Below are positions 1 to 12,740 of a DNA stretch of 64,000 nt, one piece after another. The DNA lies in the NCBI GenBank assembly GCA_028534125.1, contig CM052816.1, positions 64,978,001 to 65,042,000 of the forward strand, given 5' to 3'. The notes under the pieces were generated by a model, which saw only the letters and a program-made list of their open reading frames with translations, was not told the origin of the DNA and made no database searches. This DNA is from Lama glama. Taxonomy: Eukaryota. Made by a program: the position numbers and the translations under genes. Each line of letters begins with the position of its first letter. Within the stretch, counting starts at the first letter, position 1.

Positions 1-290
1 TACTAGATGTGGGGTCCAAACCACTCCTCAGGGAGAAGCTAGGAGTTAGGGATTTTCTCCCAATTGTACAATGTTGTGTCAAGGGAGTTCACGGTGAGAG
101 CACATCTCAGCCTTCCCTACTGATTTTGATGTGGGCATTTTCTCATTCCTCTGATGTGTAGGAGTTACTCAGCTAGTTTCTAGAGTTCTTTTCAAGGGAA
201 TTTCTCCAGGTATAGCTATAGATTCAGGGTATCTGTGGGAAGAGGGGCGCTCAGGGGCCTTCTTCAATGTCGCCATCTTGGCCAACTCTC
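1..290 (-). mobile_element. LINE-1 5' UTR terminus (element continues left of the window)
   Basis: CGCCATCTTG at 271-280 is the reverse complement of CAAGATGGCG, the YY1 motif at L1 5' ends; flanking sequence resembles antisense L1 5' UTR. Confidence 0.7.
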
Positions 291-2059
291 TTTGTTTCCT
301 TTGGAAATTAGAGCTACAACAAATGAATTCTTGATCTTAGTCTACTTTGAAGTGTACTTGACAAACATGAGTTGTTTTAGTTTATCATTATTAATTTTTA
401 AATACAAGTACGATGCTCTAGTATCCAAAGCGTAGGATTTTGTGTAGGAGAAAGTCTGTTAATTTTTAAAAGATATTCAAGAGAGAGTAGGGAAATAAAT
501 AAAAGCTGATAACTTTCTAAAATCTTTATTAAGGATTAATATCAGGAACTTGCAACACAATTTAACTAATTTCTCACTTTGCATATGGGCTATTAATTTT
601 TCCACGTGGTAAGACGTTAATGATTTCAGAGAAAATATATCTCTATTTCTTGTTCCTAATACATGGGTACTATTTAGGTTCAATGGATTTTAGTTGTCAT
701 TCTCAAGAAGCTTTTTTACATTAGCACTCTTCTTCTGGAAGAGTTTTAAAATAATCGGAAAATTTTAATCCACAAATTATCAATATTCAACATTCTGATA
801 GATTCAGATAAATTTACCTGAAAAGAAAAGCTACTATGGTAGGCCTCTTTAGAATTTTATTATCTATTTGTTTATCTTAACTATTTTTTTAAATGCAGCA
901 TTTATTTCTGCTGTGTTCCACTTCCCTACCAGCTTTGGGAGAATTCTTAGCTATGTTTCCTGAAAGTTACAAACTGCACCTGGAGACTCTGAAAAATTAA
1001 AGATCAGTCTTTTTGTTTTCTTATAAATATAAGAAGGTCTGCTATGGTAGAGTACTCAACTTGTCCTAAAGAATTCTCTAATTTATTCAGGTAGAAATAA
1101 AAAGAAGTGGAAAGAGCTATTCCCAAATTTGAAATAATATATTGGACTTCAGTTTCTTGAAGAAAATCTTGAAAGTAACATGTCCTTATAGACTTCTAAG
1201 CCAAGAGAGTCAGGAGACATTCATATTCTTGGTTGAAAGCTTAACTAATATATATTGTCATAAAACATCTAAATGTAAGCCTAAACTTCTACTTAGGAGT
1301 AAGAAAAACAAAGTGAAAACTGTAAACTTTCTAAAATGTCTTAACAAAGATTCTCTTGAAATTTAAACATTTTATCTGTATCTACAAAGCAAATATTTTA
1401 GAAAAAGGGAAGATTTAAGCAATTTAACTTATGCTCTACTAGTTTGATTTAAAATGCTTCTTATGTCAAGGAAATTCAAAATAGAGAGGTTTAGTAATCA
1501 GAATAGAGACACATGATACAGAACATATTATTCCCATAGTCCCTACTGTTTGAAAGGAACTGTCTATACTGGTTTTTCAAGTTCGATTTTACACCCTACA
1601 GGTGAAGGAACTAGTTTTGCATTGCTTAGAAAATGATTCTGGTTTTGAAGCTTATAATCTAATAGCAAACACACCTCATGATTCTCTTTCTAGTGTTCTC
1701 AACCCGTGTTTGCTTCCTTTTAATATGATTCCATAGTCTGTGTTCTGCACAGAACACATTCTGCACAGAAGATCATCATTTTCTCCAAGCATTAATCATT
1801 TCCTGGGAAGTGAGATTTCTGTAATTATTTTTTTCCATTTCTGCATCTCCTTCAGCATTTTTTTTTTTTTGCAATGTGCTAAGGCCATTTATTTGACATA
1901 CAGACCTATCTCCCAGAGCCAGCGAGACAGAGGAAAGCACTTTCTTCTGTACATTGATATTTCACCTTCAAATTATTTGGGATCATTATTGGTGCAATGA
2001 GACCTGGAGGCAGGAGAGCTGCTTGGAATCAGGGAGATCTAAGAATAAATTCAGGTTCT

Positions 2060-2230
2060 ACCATTAAAAACCATTAGGATTCCTATGAACTTTGTCTTTT
2101 GCATCTGTATAATAGAATTGTAATACATTATGAATTGTTGTGAGGATAAAATCAATAATGTAAGATATCTAACAAGGTGCCTGGTATGTGGTAAATGCAA
2201 CAACGGATTCCTAACAGTAGCAATCATATT
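2060..2230 (+). mobile_element. MIR SINE fragment
   Basis: MIR core-like catctgtataatag...ttgtgaggataaaa...gtgcctggtatgtggtaaatgc. Confidence 0.65.
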
Positions 2231-3039
2231 GATAGTGATAATTTGATCTAGTTGTTGAACCTTCTTTAAATGCATGATTTGATCGCCTTCCTTTTCCCCT
2301 GGAAATTTTTTGCTTGCAAAGTATCTAAATTACAGAATTTTTTAAAAAGTAAAACTTAAGTTGTTTCACCTAATTGAAAATCACTTTGGTTTAGTCTGCC
2401 TCTTTTTGTGCTTATTTAAATCCTTAAATCTTTTTAACCTTCACTCTCAAAATTAGGGTGAGCTACAAAATTAATGTTATTAACTCTGCCTTTTAAGACT
2501 CTTACATAAAGTTTGAAACAAAAGAGAAATGTGCCTGTTTCTCTACTTCAGCTCAGTGACATGTGTTTTTATTTTTCATTGTCCTTTCATTTTCAGTCAT
2601 TTAGAGAGGTTTCAATCTCCATTGCTTATGAACATCTGTGAGAATAATTTTTATTTGAAGAATTTCTTGTAGGGCCAAATCTCACAACTATTTACACATT
2701 CACGTGTGATGTTATACTTAAGTCACGGAGTCCTTTTTGCCTTTTAAGTCTTCTTTTCTTTTCTGTCTAGCAAATCGCATTCATCTGTTAAAAAGTTGAT
2801 TTCAACTGCCCTTTCTTGAAGGAAGAGTTCCTGATCATCCCAAATAGAGACGAGAATAAGATTTCTTCTCTAAAATCTTACAGTTGGAGGAACCGAATAA
2901 TATATTTGGAAAGTGAATAGGGGCCCTATTAGTAATTACATAGGAGCAGGAGTCATAAACTAGAACTGTCATGGGCCAACTGGACATATTGTCACCCAGG
3001 TTATTGTCGTTTGGGATCCTAGCTGTTAATATCAAGGAC

Positions 3040-3355
3040 TTTGACCTCAAGTCTGTCTGGCTCCCATTCTGGTTCTCTGCATGACTTTGGGAAAATTATT
3101 GTATTCTTTAAGATTAATTCATATTTGACAGCTGTGTATTAAGCAACTATTAGATGCTCTGCAAAGAGTGAAGTATTGGTAGCACAAAGACAAGTAATAC
3201 TTATGGTCATTACTCTCATGGAACTTGAATCCTATTTTTAATCTTCAAAAGGGGGCTGAGGCCACCTACATTATGGATTGTGAGGGATAAGTTAATATTT
3301 ATAAAGCATTTAGTAGAATCTCTAGTATACAGAAAGTTCTCAGTGGCAACTATAA
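3040..3355 (+). mobile_element. MIR interrupted by an antisense L2 fragment (~3115-3235)
   Basis: MIR 5' part (gactttgggaaaattatt) and 3' part (ggattgtgagggataagtt...aaagcatttagtag) flank an L2-tail-like antisense segment. Confidence 0.5.
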
Positions 3356-3389
3356 TATTCTTTGCCTTTTTCACATGATAATTATTGTA

Positions 3390-3510
3390 TATGTACGAAC
3401 AACTGTAAGATCTCTGAGGTTAGGGGGTATGTCGTATTAATGCTTGTGTTTCTTATGGCATCAGCACTGTAGTTTCACTCTCATTGTCTGCATGAGTTTG
3501 TTGAGTGAAT
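3390..3510 (+). mobile_element. L2 3' end
   Basis: ctgtaagatctctgagg...tttgttgagtgaat resembles the L2 terminus. Confidence 0.55.
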
Positions 3511-3539
3511 TCCAGTAAACATCAGGTATGGAACATTCT

Positions 3540-3708
3540 TTTCCTTACTAGTCTCTTTTATTTTTTGTTTCTTTGTTGCTTCTTTCCTGCCTCTTTGGGT
3601 TAATTGAATATTTTAAACTGTGCCATTTTATTTTTTCTATTGGCTTTTAGTTATATTCCCTTTCATTATAGATTAGTCAGTCAGTTGGTCAGTCAGTCGG
3701 TCAATCAG

Positions 3709-3742
<34 letters not shown>

Positions 3743-5100
3743 ATCTTTATTTAATTTTATTGATTACTCTAAGGCTAAAATATGCACTGTTAACTTATTA
3801 GAATCTATTTAGAGTTAGTATTGTACCTCTTTATACTTTACAAATAACATCTCACAAATGTAATAATCTTATAACAATATAATTCAATTTACTCTTAGCT
3901 CTTTCTTTGTGTGGTTGTTATCATATCTTTTTTTTCAACATATGTTATAAACTTTACTCTAGAGTGTTGTTTTTGCTTTTAATAGTCAGTGATCTTCTAA
4001 GAGAATTCCAGGAAGAAAATCAATATACTTTTTCTATCTACTTGTTTATTTAACATTTCTAATGCTTTTTATACTTTACTGTAGATGTGAATTGCCATCT
4101 GGTATCATTTGCCTTCAGCATTTTGCATTTCTTTCAGTGTAAGTCTACTGGTGATTACTATTCTTAGCTTTTGTTGAAAATGTCTTTATTTCATTTTCAT
4201 TTTTTGGAGAGTATTTTTGTTGGATATGGAATCTGGGTTAACAGATATTTTTTCCTTTTAGTAATTTATAGATGCCATTTCATTGACTTTTTCAGCCTCT
4301 GTTGTTTCTGATGAGCCTGTGATCATTCTTATCCTTGTTCTGCTGTGCATAGTGTATATTTGTTCTCTGCATACTCTTAATGTATTTTTTAATTCTGATT
4401 TTCTGAAGTTTGACTATAAAGTGACTAGATGTGATTTTCTTTATGTTTATACTTTTTTGAGGTTTGCTAAACTTCTTGGATCAGTAAGCCAATGTTTTTC
4501 ATCAAATCTGAGTTTTCAGCCATTATTCCTTCAAATATTTTCTCTGACCCATCTCATTCCCTTTTCCTTCTGGAATTACAATTATATTTATGTAAGACTA
4601 TTGGAAATTGCCCTACCTATTCCTGAAGCTCAGTTTATTTTCTTAATTTTTTCCCTTTTATATTTCCCAGATTGAATCATTTGTATTGACATGTTTTGGG
4701 TTCTCTTTTTCTGCCATCTCCAACCAGCTGTTTAGGCTCATCCACTAAAGTTTTCGTTTCAGTTCTAGGATTTCCATTTGGTTCTTTTCTTGCTTCAGTG
4801 TCCTCTTTATTTACTAATTTAGACCATATTTCCTTTATTTCTTGAGTAATTTTTCTCTTTCCTTCTTTGAAAATATCTGTAACAGCTGCTGTAGAGTTTT
4901 TGTTAGGTCAAATATCTGGGCTATTTGGGTTTTATTTGTATTTACTACTTCTTTGCTTGTCTATGTATCACATTTCCCTGTTTCTTTGTCTAGTGATATT
5001 TGATTTCACTATGGGAAATTTGGGATAATATGTTATAAAGCCTCTGGATTTTTGTTATCCTATTCTGAAGAATGTTGATTCTTATTTTAACATTCTGTTA
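3540..5100 (-). mobile_element. Ancient LINE-1 (L1M-type) ORF1/ORF2-start region, degenerate
   Basis: Long T-rich tract with typical antisense L1M phrases (gaaaatgtctttatttcatttt, gttgtttctgatgag, tcagccattattccttcaaatatt, tccatttggttctttt); no intact frame. Confidence 0.75.
3673..3740. repeat. Compound tetranucleotide microsatellite: 9 degenerate TCAG units, then (TCTA)8
   Basis: Read directly from sequence. Confidence 0.95.
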
Positions 5101-5724
5101 AATTTTTACTTTCTAAAAATAGATGCTAATATTAGGACTTCCACCCTCCATCCTCCAGTATTCATCTTAAACCCCATCCATTTAAATGTCATAGGCAAAG
5201 AAATTTCTCCTTTGTCTTTCCCTATATCTGTTACTATTTCAGTGCTGCATGGTCCTATCATTTGAATTGTAATGCAATATACATCACTGAGTTGTAATAT
5301 AATATAAAATATATAAAATGATATAAAGGAATCAACTTTGGAAAGATCTTGTTAAAAAGAATTTTTCTTCTTGGTAACTGCTTTTAAAAAAAATTTCTGC
5401 TTTATATTTTGAAGCTTGCTCCCTCTGCTGCATGTTGAGATTCCTGTTGCTAACTGCCTTTGACTCTGTATTTTCTGTCAAATACCCTTACTGACCTATT
5501 GTACAAAGTTATTATGCAAGACAGTAACTGAATGACTTGAAAGGATTTTGCGAATACAGTTGATTTTTCCACTGAGAAAGAAGTATGTCACCTACTTTGG
5601 AGAATGGATTAACTCACACTACTGGCATTCATTAAGCTCTAGGCTTAGAACTGTATTAGGGGAGCTAAAAATAAAATAAAAACTTAAGGAGTCTGGTTTT
5701 TGCCCTCAAGCATTGTAATGGTTG

Positions 5725-5900
5725 AGAACAGAGGATTTGAAGTCAAGCAGACAGACGTAGGCTGGATGATCTTGGGTAAGGTACACTAAGCCTCGGTTCT
5801 CTCATCTGTGAAATAATTGCACTTACCTCACACATTAAAAAAGAATAATCTGTAGGGAGAACTCAGGTTTCTCTGGGCACACTTGCTATTCGTGGTCTTT
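5725..5900 (+). mobile_element. MIR SINE
   Basis: gatcttgggtaagg...aagcctcggttctctcatctgtgaaat core. Confidence 0.65.
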
Positions 5901-6039
5901 TCAATGGTCATTAATCATTTTTGAAAATCCAGCTGCTGAACACCACTGTGGCTATACCATGGCCACTTTGTGTTCTGACATTTTAAAAAAAACGTCTGGA
6001 CACTTTCTGCTTAAAGTAGCTTGGATATCTGACTAATTG

Positions 6040-6430
6040 ATACCCAAAGTGGCCATTTGTAGATGGAGACACACAGTGTGATCAGTCAAGATAACACATT
6101 ATACATGTATTTCTTGCTCACATCGCAATACATCATGGGTTGGAGGAGGGAGCTCAGTATGCTTCGTGAAGTCATTTAGACACTCAAGCTTTTTATATCT
6201 AGTGGCTTCACCAACTCCTAGGGCTCCAGGTTCTCTGAAACTGGCTAAAAGACCAGAGAAGGAAGACAGTGTGAGACAGTATGTGGGTTCAGAGACAGGG
6301 ACTAGAGAGGGTGTACATCACTTCGACTCACATTCTGTTGGCTGGAACTAGTCTCATAGCCAACGCAAGGGGTCTAGGAAATGTAGTATAGCAGTGGGCT
6401 AATAGAAGACAACCCATGCATATTGGTGTT
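6040..6430 (-). mobile_element. ERVL-MaLR LTR (MLT1J/K-like)
   Basis: catcacttcgactcacattctgttggctggaactagtctcatagcc...gggtctaggaaatgtagt is the antisense MLT1 signature. Confidence 0.65.
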
Positions 6431-7019
6431 ATTAATCTCTATTATTTAGTAGAAACTTAGAAGTATGGACTTTTACTCCAGTTGCCTCATCCAGATGGAG
6501 CATGACCACTGAGGCATTCCTGGTGGCTTGGTACTGCCAGCTGGCTTGATGTGGGTCTACCTGAAACCAAACGACTATTCTAAAACCTAAACTTCATTTC
6601 CTCTCTTCTTGCTTCTTAACAAAGGAAGAATTTAGAAGCTTGTGTACCAGAGACACATAGGCCCCTTCGATTTGGATTTGTTGGGTGGGTGCATCTTGAT
6701 TTGGGGATGTTACGATCTCTGGCAGGTGGTGCAGGCTGTAACATGGGATGAATCCCCACCTGGATTTAATGTGATCAGATTACATCTGTGTTCTCCTAAG
6801 AGGCACTTTGTTTCCTCATTATTCATTACTGTCCGTATTTATAACACTTAAAACCAAGCATTCAAAAAATGGTTCGAATTGGTTTACATTAGCTTCCCAG
6901 AGTGTTGAATGACCAGTGAACTGCTTCATAGTCTTGTTTGTACCAACAGAAACAGGTTGCAGATTCTTTTTCTTTCTCCCAGAAAGCAATCCCTTTGCTG
7001 ATCTTTAACTAGACCATGT

Positions 7020-7519
7020 NNNNNNNNNNNNNNNNNNNNNNNNNNNNNNNNNNNNNNNNNNNNNNNNNNNNNNNNNNNNNNNNNNNNNNNNNNNNNNNNN
7101 NNNNNNNNNNNNNNNNNNNNNNNNNNNNNNNNNNNNNNNNNNNNNNNNNNNNNNNNNNNNNNNNNNNNNNNNNNNNNNNNNNNNNNNNNNNNNNNNNNNN
7201 NNNNNNNNNNNNNNNNNNNNNNNNNNNNNNNNNNNNNNNNNNNNNNNNNNNNNNNNNNNNNNNNNNNNNNNNNNNNNNNNNNNNNNNNNNNNNNNNNNNN
7301 NNNNNNNNNNNNNNNNNNNNNNNNNNNNNNNNNNNNNNNNNNNNNNNNNNNNNNNNNNNNNNNNNNNNNNNNNNNNNNNNNNNNNNNNNNNNNNNNNNNN
7401 NNNNNNNNNNNNNNNNNNNNNNNNNNNNNNNNNNNNNNNNNNNNNNNNNNNNNNNNNNNNNNNNNNNNNNNNNNNNNNNNNNNNNNNNNNNNNNNNNNNN
7501 NNNNNNNNNNNNNNNNNNN
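7020..7519. other. Assembly gap (500 N)
   Basis: Run of N. Confidence 1.
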
Positions 7520-8649
7520 TGCAGTAATGGGGAGCAAAATAATTGATTGGGGTAGCCTTCTATGGCTGTATTTCCCCCTAACTTCTTTGTGTCTTAATTG
7601 CTCTACTTGTGAGGTGGGAATAATGGATACACCACCTTCCCAGTGTTATTGAAGACATACCTAATTATAGACATGTTGGCATCTTACTGATTATGCAGGT
7701 GGATCTAGCCAGAAATAGTGAAAACTTCAAGGAAGACAAAAAAAACCCAAAGTGAGTCAGCTTTTATCCCAGCTCCTTTACTGGAATAAAAAGACTCAGC
7801 CCAAAAGAAATAGTTACTCTAAGAATTTTACTGTTTCATTAAGTCAGGAAGTTAATTTTCCTAATCCCTTTTAATATGATTTGCCTTGGGGAATCTTTAG
7901 GCAGAGTATGAACGTGGTCAATATTAACAAATAACCGGCAACCTCCTCCTGGTGCATATCTCTGTTGAGATTTTTCTGCAGGAAACGTGGAAAACGTCCA
8001 GGTAATCACTTAGAGCTATTCCAGTAGGGAGAAAAAGATCCTTTTAATTTTAGGGTTAATTTCAGACACATTTTCCTTTATTTAGACCTGGTTTTTAATT
8101 CCCTGGTTTAGAGCAGATCTTTAACACCTTCATTTCACTCTTTCAGAACTAAATGGTTGGAATTGAACATAAATGTTCAGAAATAATGTTAAAATGTGAA
8201 ATTCCTTGCTTTTAGTATGAAATGGAGAAATTCCTTTTTTGCATAAGAATCACTTTCTTGTGTTGTGATTTCTTAGTTTTATGTAATAACTGCATGGATG
8301 CTAATGAAACTAGCTACCACTTACGTGGGCGGCACTTCTAGTGATCTTTCTTCTGTTATCACCGATAGTGTGCATGAGAGTCCAGGATAGTTCTAGTCTT
8401 TAAACAACTTTGCTTTCTACTTAAGCTAGTCTTTTAGTCCATTTTTCCTTTAAACGCCATAACCTATTTGGACCTAGCTACCAGTTGTAACCACCTTCAG
8501 ATAGATTTTCACAGTGAATGGAAAAGGAATACTTCTGGAAATTATATTGCTTTTCATTGGCCATGAAGATTAAGCCATTATAAGTTTTATTCCAACCTAG
8601 AACCACTGTAATTTGAAAAAGAATTTCCAAAGTTTTTTGATTTTTTGTT

Positions 8650-8900
8650 CCAGTGTGGCAGTTAAGAGCTCATTTCTCATTCTTTGTGGTCTGGGTTCAA
8701 ATATCAGGTCCTCCTTTTATTTACTGCAAAATTGACCTGAGGCAATTTACGCCACTTTCTGAATTCAGTCTTCTCCTACGTAAAATAGGAGATTACATAT
8801 GATGATACTAACTGCCTCATGTGATTGGCGAACAAATTAAATGAGTTCGTATTTGCAAAGCAGTAAGAGCAGTGCCTTTCCCATGGTAAGTGCCTTGTAT
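8650..8900 (+). mobile_element. MIR SINE, near full length
   Basis: gcagttaagagc...ctgggttcaaat...ttctcctacgtaaaataggag...ttaaatgag...agcagtgcct. Confidence 0.75.
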
Positions 8901-8979
8901 ACACTGGTTAGCTTACTGCCATTGCGTTACCGAGAGGCCTGGACCAATGGGCGATGAGGCAATGCCTGTCGTGGTCAAG

Positions 8980-9150
8980 CACTCAAACCTTTGGTGGCTC
9001 TGCCACTGGGGGACTGTCTGAGCTTCATCAGTTTGTTGAAACTGACACTCACTTTCCTCCTTGTAAAATGGGGAAGAGATTCATAGTGATGGCTTCTTAT
9101 TGTTGGTCTGAGGATTGAATGAGATGATACGTGTAAAGCTCTTGTGATGA
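8980..9150 (+). mobile_element. MIR SINE fragment
   Basis: ctttcctccttgtaaaatgggg...tgaggattgaatgagatgatacgtgtaaagc. Confidence 0.7.
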
Positions 9151-10539
9151 GTCACACATTTTGCTCCCCCCACCTCCGAATGGGCAGCGAACATGTAGCT
9201 CCTTAATTATGATTTTTGGTAATGTGATCTTCCTCCTCAGCAAACTCTTGCTGATTAGAAGGAAAATTAGTTGAATGTCCAAGTTGTTTTAAATCTTAGT
9301 CGGCCGTATCGATTTTGGAGAAAGCTCCACCTCTAGGAAAAAGCGGTCAGACTCTCAGATGGCTCAGTGTTCCAGGCTTTTCCAGGCTCCTCTCCAAGAC
9401 GAGATGCAGGTATGTGGGGGAGGGGAGGGGCTGAGGCAGTCTTGGTGGGAGGGGGGAGTCTGCAGCCCTAGGCGTGCGGTTCACTGCCCGCTTGTTCTCC
9501 TGCTTGCTGGGTGGCCTGCGGGCGTTCTTGGCTGAGATCTGAGTGGGTGTAACATGGACTCTGGTGTCTTTGGGACTGGCCAGGGTCTGGCAGTTTCCCT
9601 GGTTTGCCAAGCATCATCTCATTCTCAGTGGTACTATAGGCCCTCTGAAGCCCATCCGCCTTCAGGAGCAGAGGATGTCCCTGGATGGATTGTCCACAGC
9701 CAGCCTTTGCTGGGGCACCATCTCGTTCCTCTCCAGGCTGGCACACTGGTTGCCAGTCCAGCTGCTTTCTAATTCCGCCCCCAGGGAGCTGTGAGCCCCC
9801 CGGGGCCCAGCCCTACCACAGGGATTCCCATAGGCAACCAAGAGGGGCTCAGAAAGGCTACACTCCATGCTGTCTCTCTGCCCAGCTGCCTCCACCTGTA
9901 CTTCGGAATGGGGCAACCTAAGAGGTCATATCTTTCTAGAGCCCTCAGCAGGAACAGGGTCTGAATCCTTATTCTGTCAGCTCCCCCAGACCTATGTAAC
10001 GCTCCTGAAGATCCATTCTACCCACTTTGCTCTTCTCTCGGCTTCTCCTCCTCTCACAGCCACTGGGATGAGGATGAGGATTAAAGTGAGGTTTCCCCAC
10101 CCTTGTCTATACCACATCTTCACTAGGGGAGAATTTTTCAAGTCCTTTGGATACTTGAAAGGTGATACAGGCATTTGAAAATTCTTTCTCAAGACGATAT
10201 ATTAATAAGCTTTCCGTAAGGCCTGTTTTGAGTGCCAGATACTGAATATTAGCTCCTTCTTTCTGTCCTAAGGACTTTTTTGTTTGTTTGTTTAAACTTG
10301 AAGGAGAAGGAAAGAGCACAGCAGCATTTTCCAAAGTATTAATCCAGAGTAAGCACATAATCACTATAAACTTCACTCTGATGACGATGGTGATTAAGTA
10401 ACTATTAGCACAGCGCGGTTGCTGTTTAGATTGCTTTTACCCTTGGGTGGCTCGCGTTTCGGAGCCTGCTTGCTTGGCGTCACAATACATGCAAGCTCTG
10501 CCTCTTGTGGCTCTTACCTCCTCCTCTCTCCTCCATCTC

Positions 10540-10970
10540 TATGGCCACACAGGCCTTTCTGTTCCCCAACGTACGGTGATTTTTCTTGCCTCAGGGCTTC
10601 TGTAAGTGCTGTTCCATCTCCCAAAACACTGTTCCCTGTAGCTTTTCCCAGTGGCTCCTTATCTTCAGGATCTACCTCAGATGTTGCCCCTTCACTTATT
10701 TTTCTGGATCTTCCCTGGTCGCCTTCACCAAAGTGGCCATCCCACTTCCACATCATGTCCACATGGCATCCTTCTCCTGATTTCCTTTCCTGTGTAAGTC
10801 ATATTTTTTAAATGGCTACACATTGTTATCTGTCTCCCTCACTAGCACATAAGCTTCAAAAAGATGGGGACTGTGTCTGTCTTCCTCCCTGGGGCACCCC
10901 CGGAGCTTAGCAGAGGGCCTGGCACATACAGCGAGCACAATGCATGGCCATTGAATGTATGACTAGGTGA
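10540..10970 (+). mobile_element. L2 3' region
   Basis: cctcagggcttctgtaagtgctgttcc...cactagcacataagcttc...cagagggcctggcacatac...ttgaatg. Confidence 0.75.
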
Positions 10971-11599
10971 TTGAACAGTGTCTTATTTCAGCTCTAAGGA
11001 ATCATTATTGTGAACATTAGTGAGTTGGATGTGCATGGATGAAACACACCTTGGGAGCACAGAAGTAGGATTTTCTATATTTTTATTACGTATAATGTGA
11101 TTGTGAAAGTTGGCGCCTCTATCTTTATTATTTTTGTTCTATAATGCTGGTGGGGGAGGGGCCAGCTCTGCCTTCCAAACAAGATTAGAAGTCCTTTGCA
11201 GGGAGACGTCGGATCTTATATTTCCTCACAGATTTTAGGATCCTTAGTGGCTCAGTACATCCATGCCTGGGGTCATGTGTGGTGAAAGTGGGAGATGGGT
11301 GAGGGACGAAGTTACAGGCCTTCAGCTTCTGCATGATTGAACTGGGAAGGCTTTCAAGAGGAGGCAATATTCCAGAAATTATTTGATTGTCAAAGGAATG
11401 CCACGTATTTAGTGTCTGGATGAAGGCTGGCTGTGAAGTTGTGAGCCGAGGTGCCCCAGAGCTTCTGCCAGCTGTTGCTTGTAAACTTGCATTTTAACAA
11501 AGAATTTGGGGGCTGCAAATAAGCAGATATGACTCATTTAAGGATTTATGCCTCCAGAGAGAAATACCAGAGGTGGTAAGGGAGCAAAAGGATCGTTCC

Positions 11600-11975
11600 A
11601 GAGACTACTGCTGTGGAACAGATTACCTCAAAAATTAGCAGCTGAAAACAACCATCTTCTTATGCTCTTCAGGAGGCCAAGGGCCAAGAAGTCAGTGAGG
11701 GCTCAGCGGGGCCAGGTTCACTGCATTGTAGCCGTGGACGTGAAGGACAGGGGAGACTTGATGCTGGGGCTGGCAGATTCTTTGCTCACCTGTCTGATGA
11801 GCGGAATTGCTCCATGTGACCTCTCCAGTGGCTTGCGTTTCTCACCGCCTGGTGGTGGCAGGGTTGTCAGCCAATAGTCACAAAGCCCACCCAGATTTAG
11901 GGGAAGGGACCATAGACCCCACTTCTAGATGGGAAAAGTATCAAAGAGTTTTGGAACCATATTTTAAGTTATTAT
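11600..11975 (-). mobile_element. ERVL-MaLR LTR (MLT1F/H-like)
   Basis: ctgctgtggaacagattacctcaaaaattagcagctgaaaacaac...gtcacaaagcccacccagatttaggggaagggaccatagacccc. Confidence 0.65.
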
Positions 11976-12485
11976 AAGAATAAAAGAAAGAAATGGAGGG
12001 GAGGTTTGGGGTCTTGTACTTGGGAACAGGAGACAGATCCATGAACCTGTTCTTGATCCAGGTTGTTTACTGTTTGCTTCTCCAACCTGTAATGGCTTCT
12101 GGGGCTAAGTTAGAGCTCTTTGATGATCTTCAAGAGAAAACTTTTTTTCTTCAACTCTAATGTGCCCAGGGGCTAAGAGCTGGACAATAATTGCTTAAGA
12201 TCCCTGGTGGTCATGATGTAATAGGTAGAGGTTCTCTTACGCATTATAGGAGCTCCCTGCCACCGAGCCGCTGCTCATCGAAACTTTCCCCAACACACAC
12301 TCTCCTTCTTCACTCCAGCCCACAGTGCTTGGCCTCCTCTCTTTCCATCACATCTCACCTCCTGGTCTTTTTCATTCCCCACCCCCACTTATTTCTAATT
12401 CCAGCTCACATTTCATTTAGCTTCTTGCTCTTGGTTCTTAGAAGGAGAAAGGCTACCCGTGCTGAGTGTATAGTTCTTTTTTTTT

Positions 12486-12740
12486 GGAGTTAATATTTTA
12501 TTTTATTTTATTTTATTTTATTTTATTTTATTTTATTTTATGAAGTATAGTCAGAAAGAGAAAGGAAAAATACCATATGATGTCACTCATATGTGGAATC
12601 TGAAAAAAGAAACACAAATGAACTTATTTACAAAACAGAAATAGACTCACAGACATAAAAAACAAACTTATGGTTACCAGAGGGGAAAGAGTGGGGAAGG
12701 GATAAATTGAGAGTTGGAGATTTGCAGGTACTAACTACTA
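12486..12740 (-). mobile_element. Young L1 3' UTR insertion with 5' inversion; (ATTTT)9 tail
   Basis: Minus-strand A-rich tail plus terminal ctgactatacttca (12541-12554), fused to a plus-strand L1 3' UTR piece (aaataccatatgatgtcactcatatgtggaatct...ggttaccagaggggaaag). Confidence 0.8.

Noticed and set aside
4283..4675. 130-aa hydrophobic, membrane-protein-like ORF
   Set aside because: Antisense reading of T-rich degenerate L1; the F/L/I bias is compositional
6926..7546. Long ORFs spanning the N runs (also 31425-32168 and 47852-48827)
   Set aside because: Artefacts of translating assembly gaps as X
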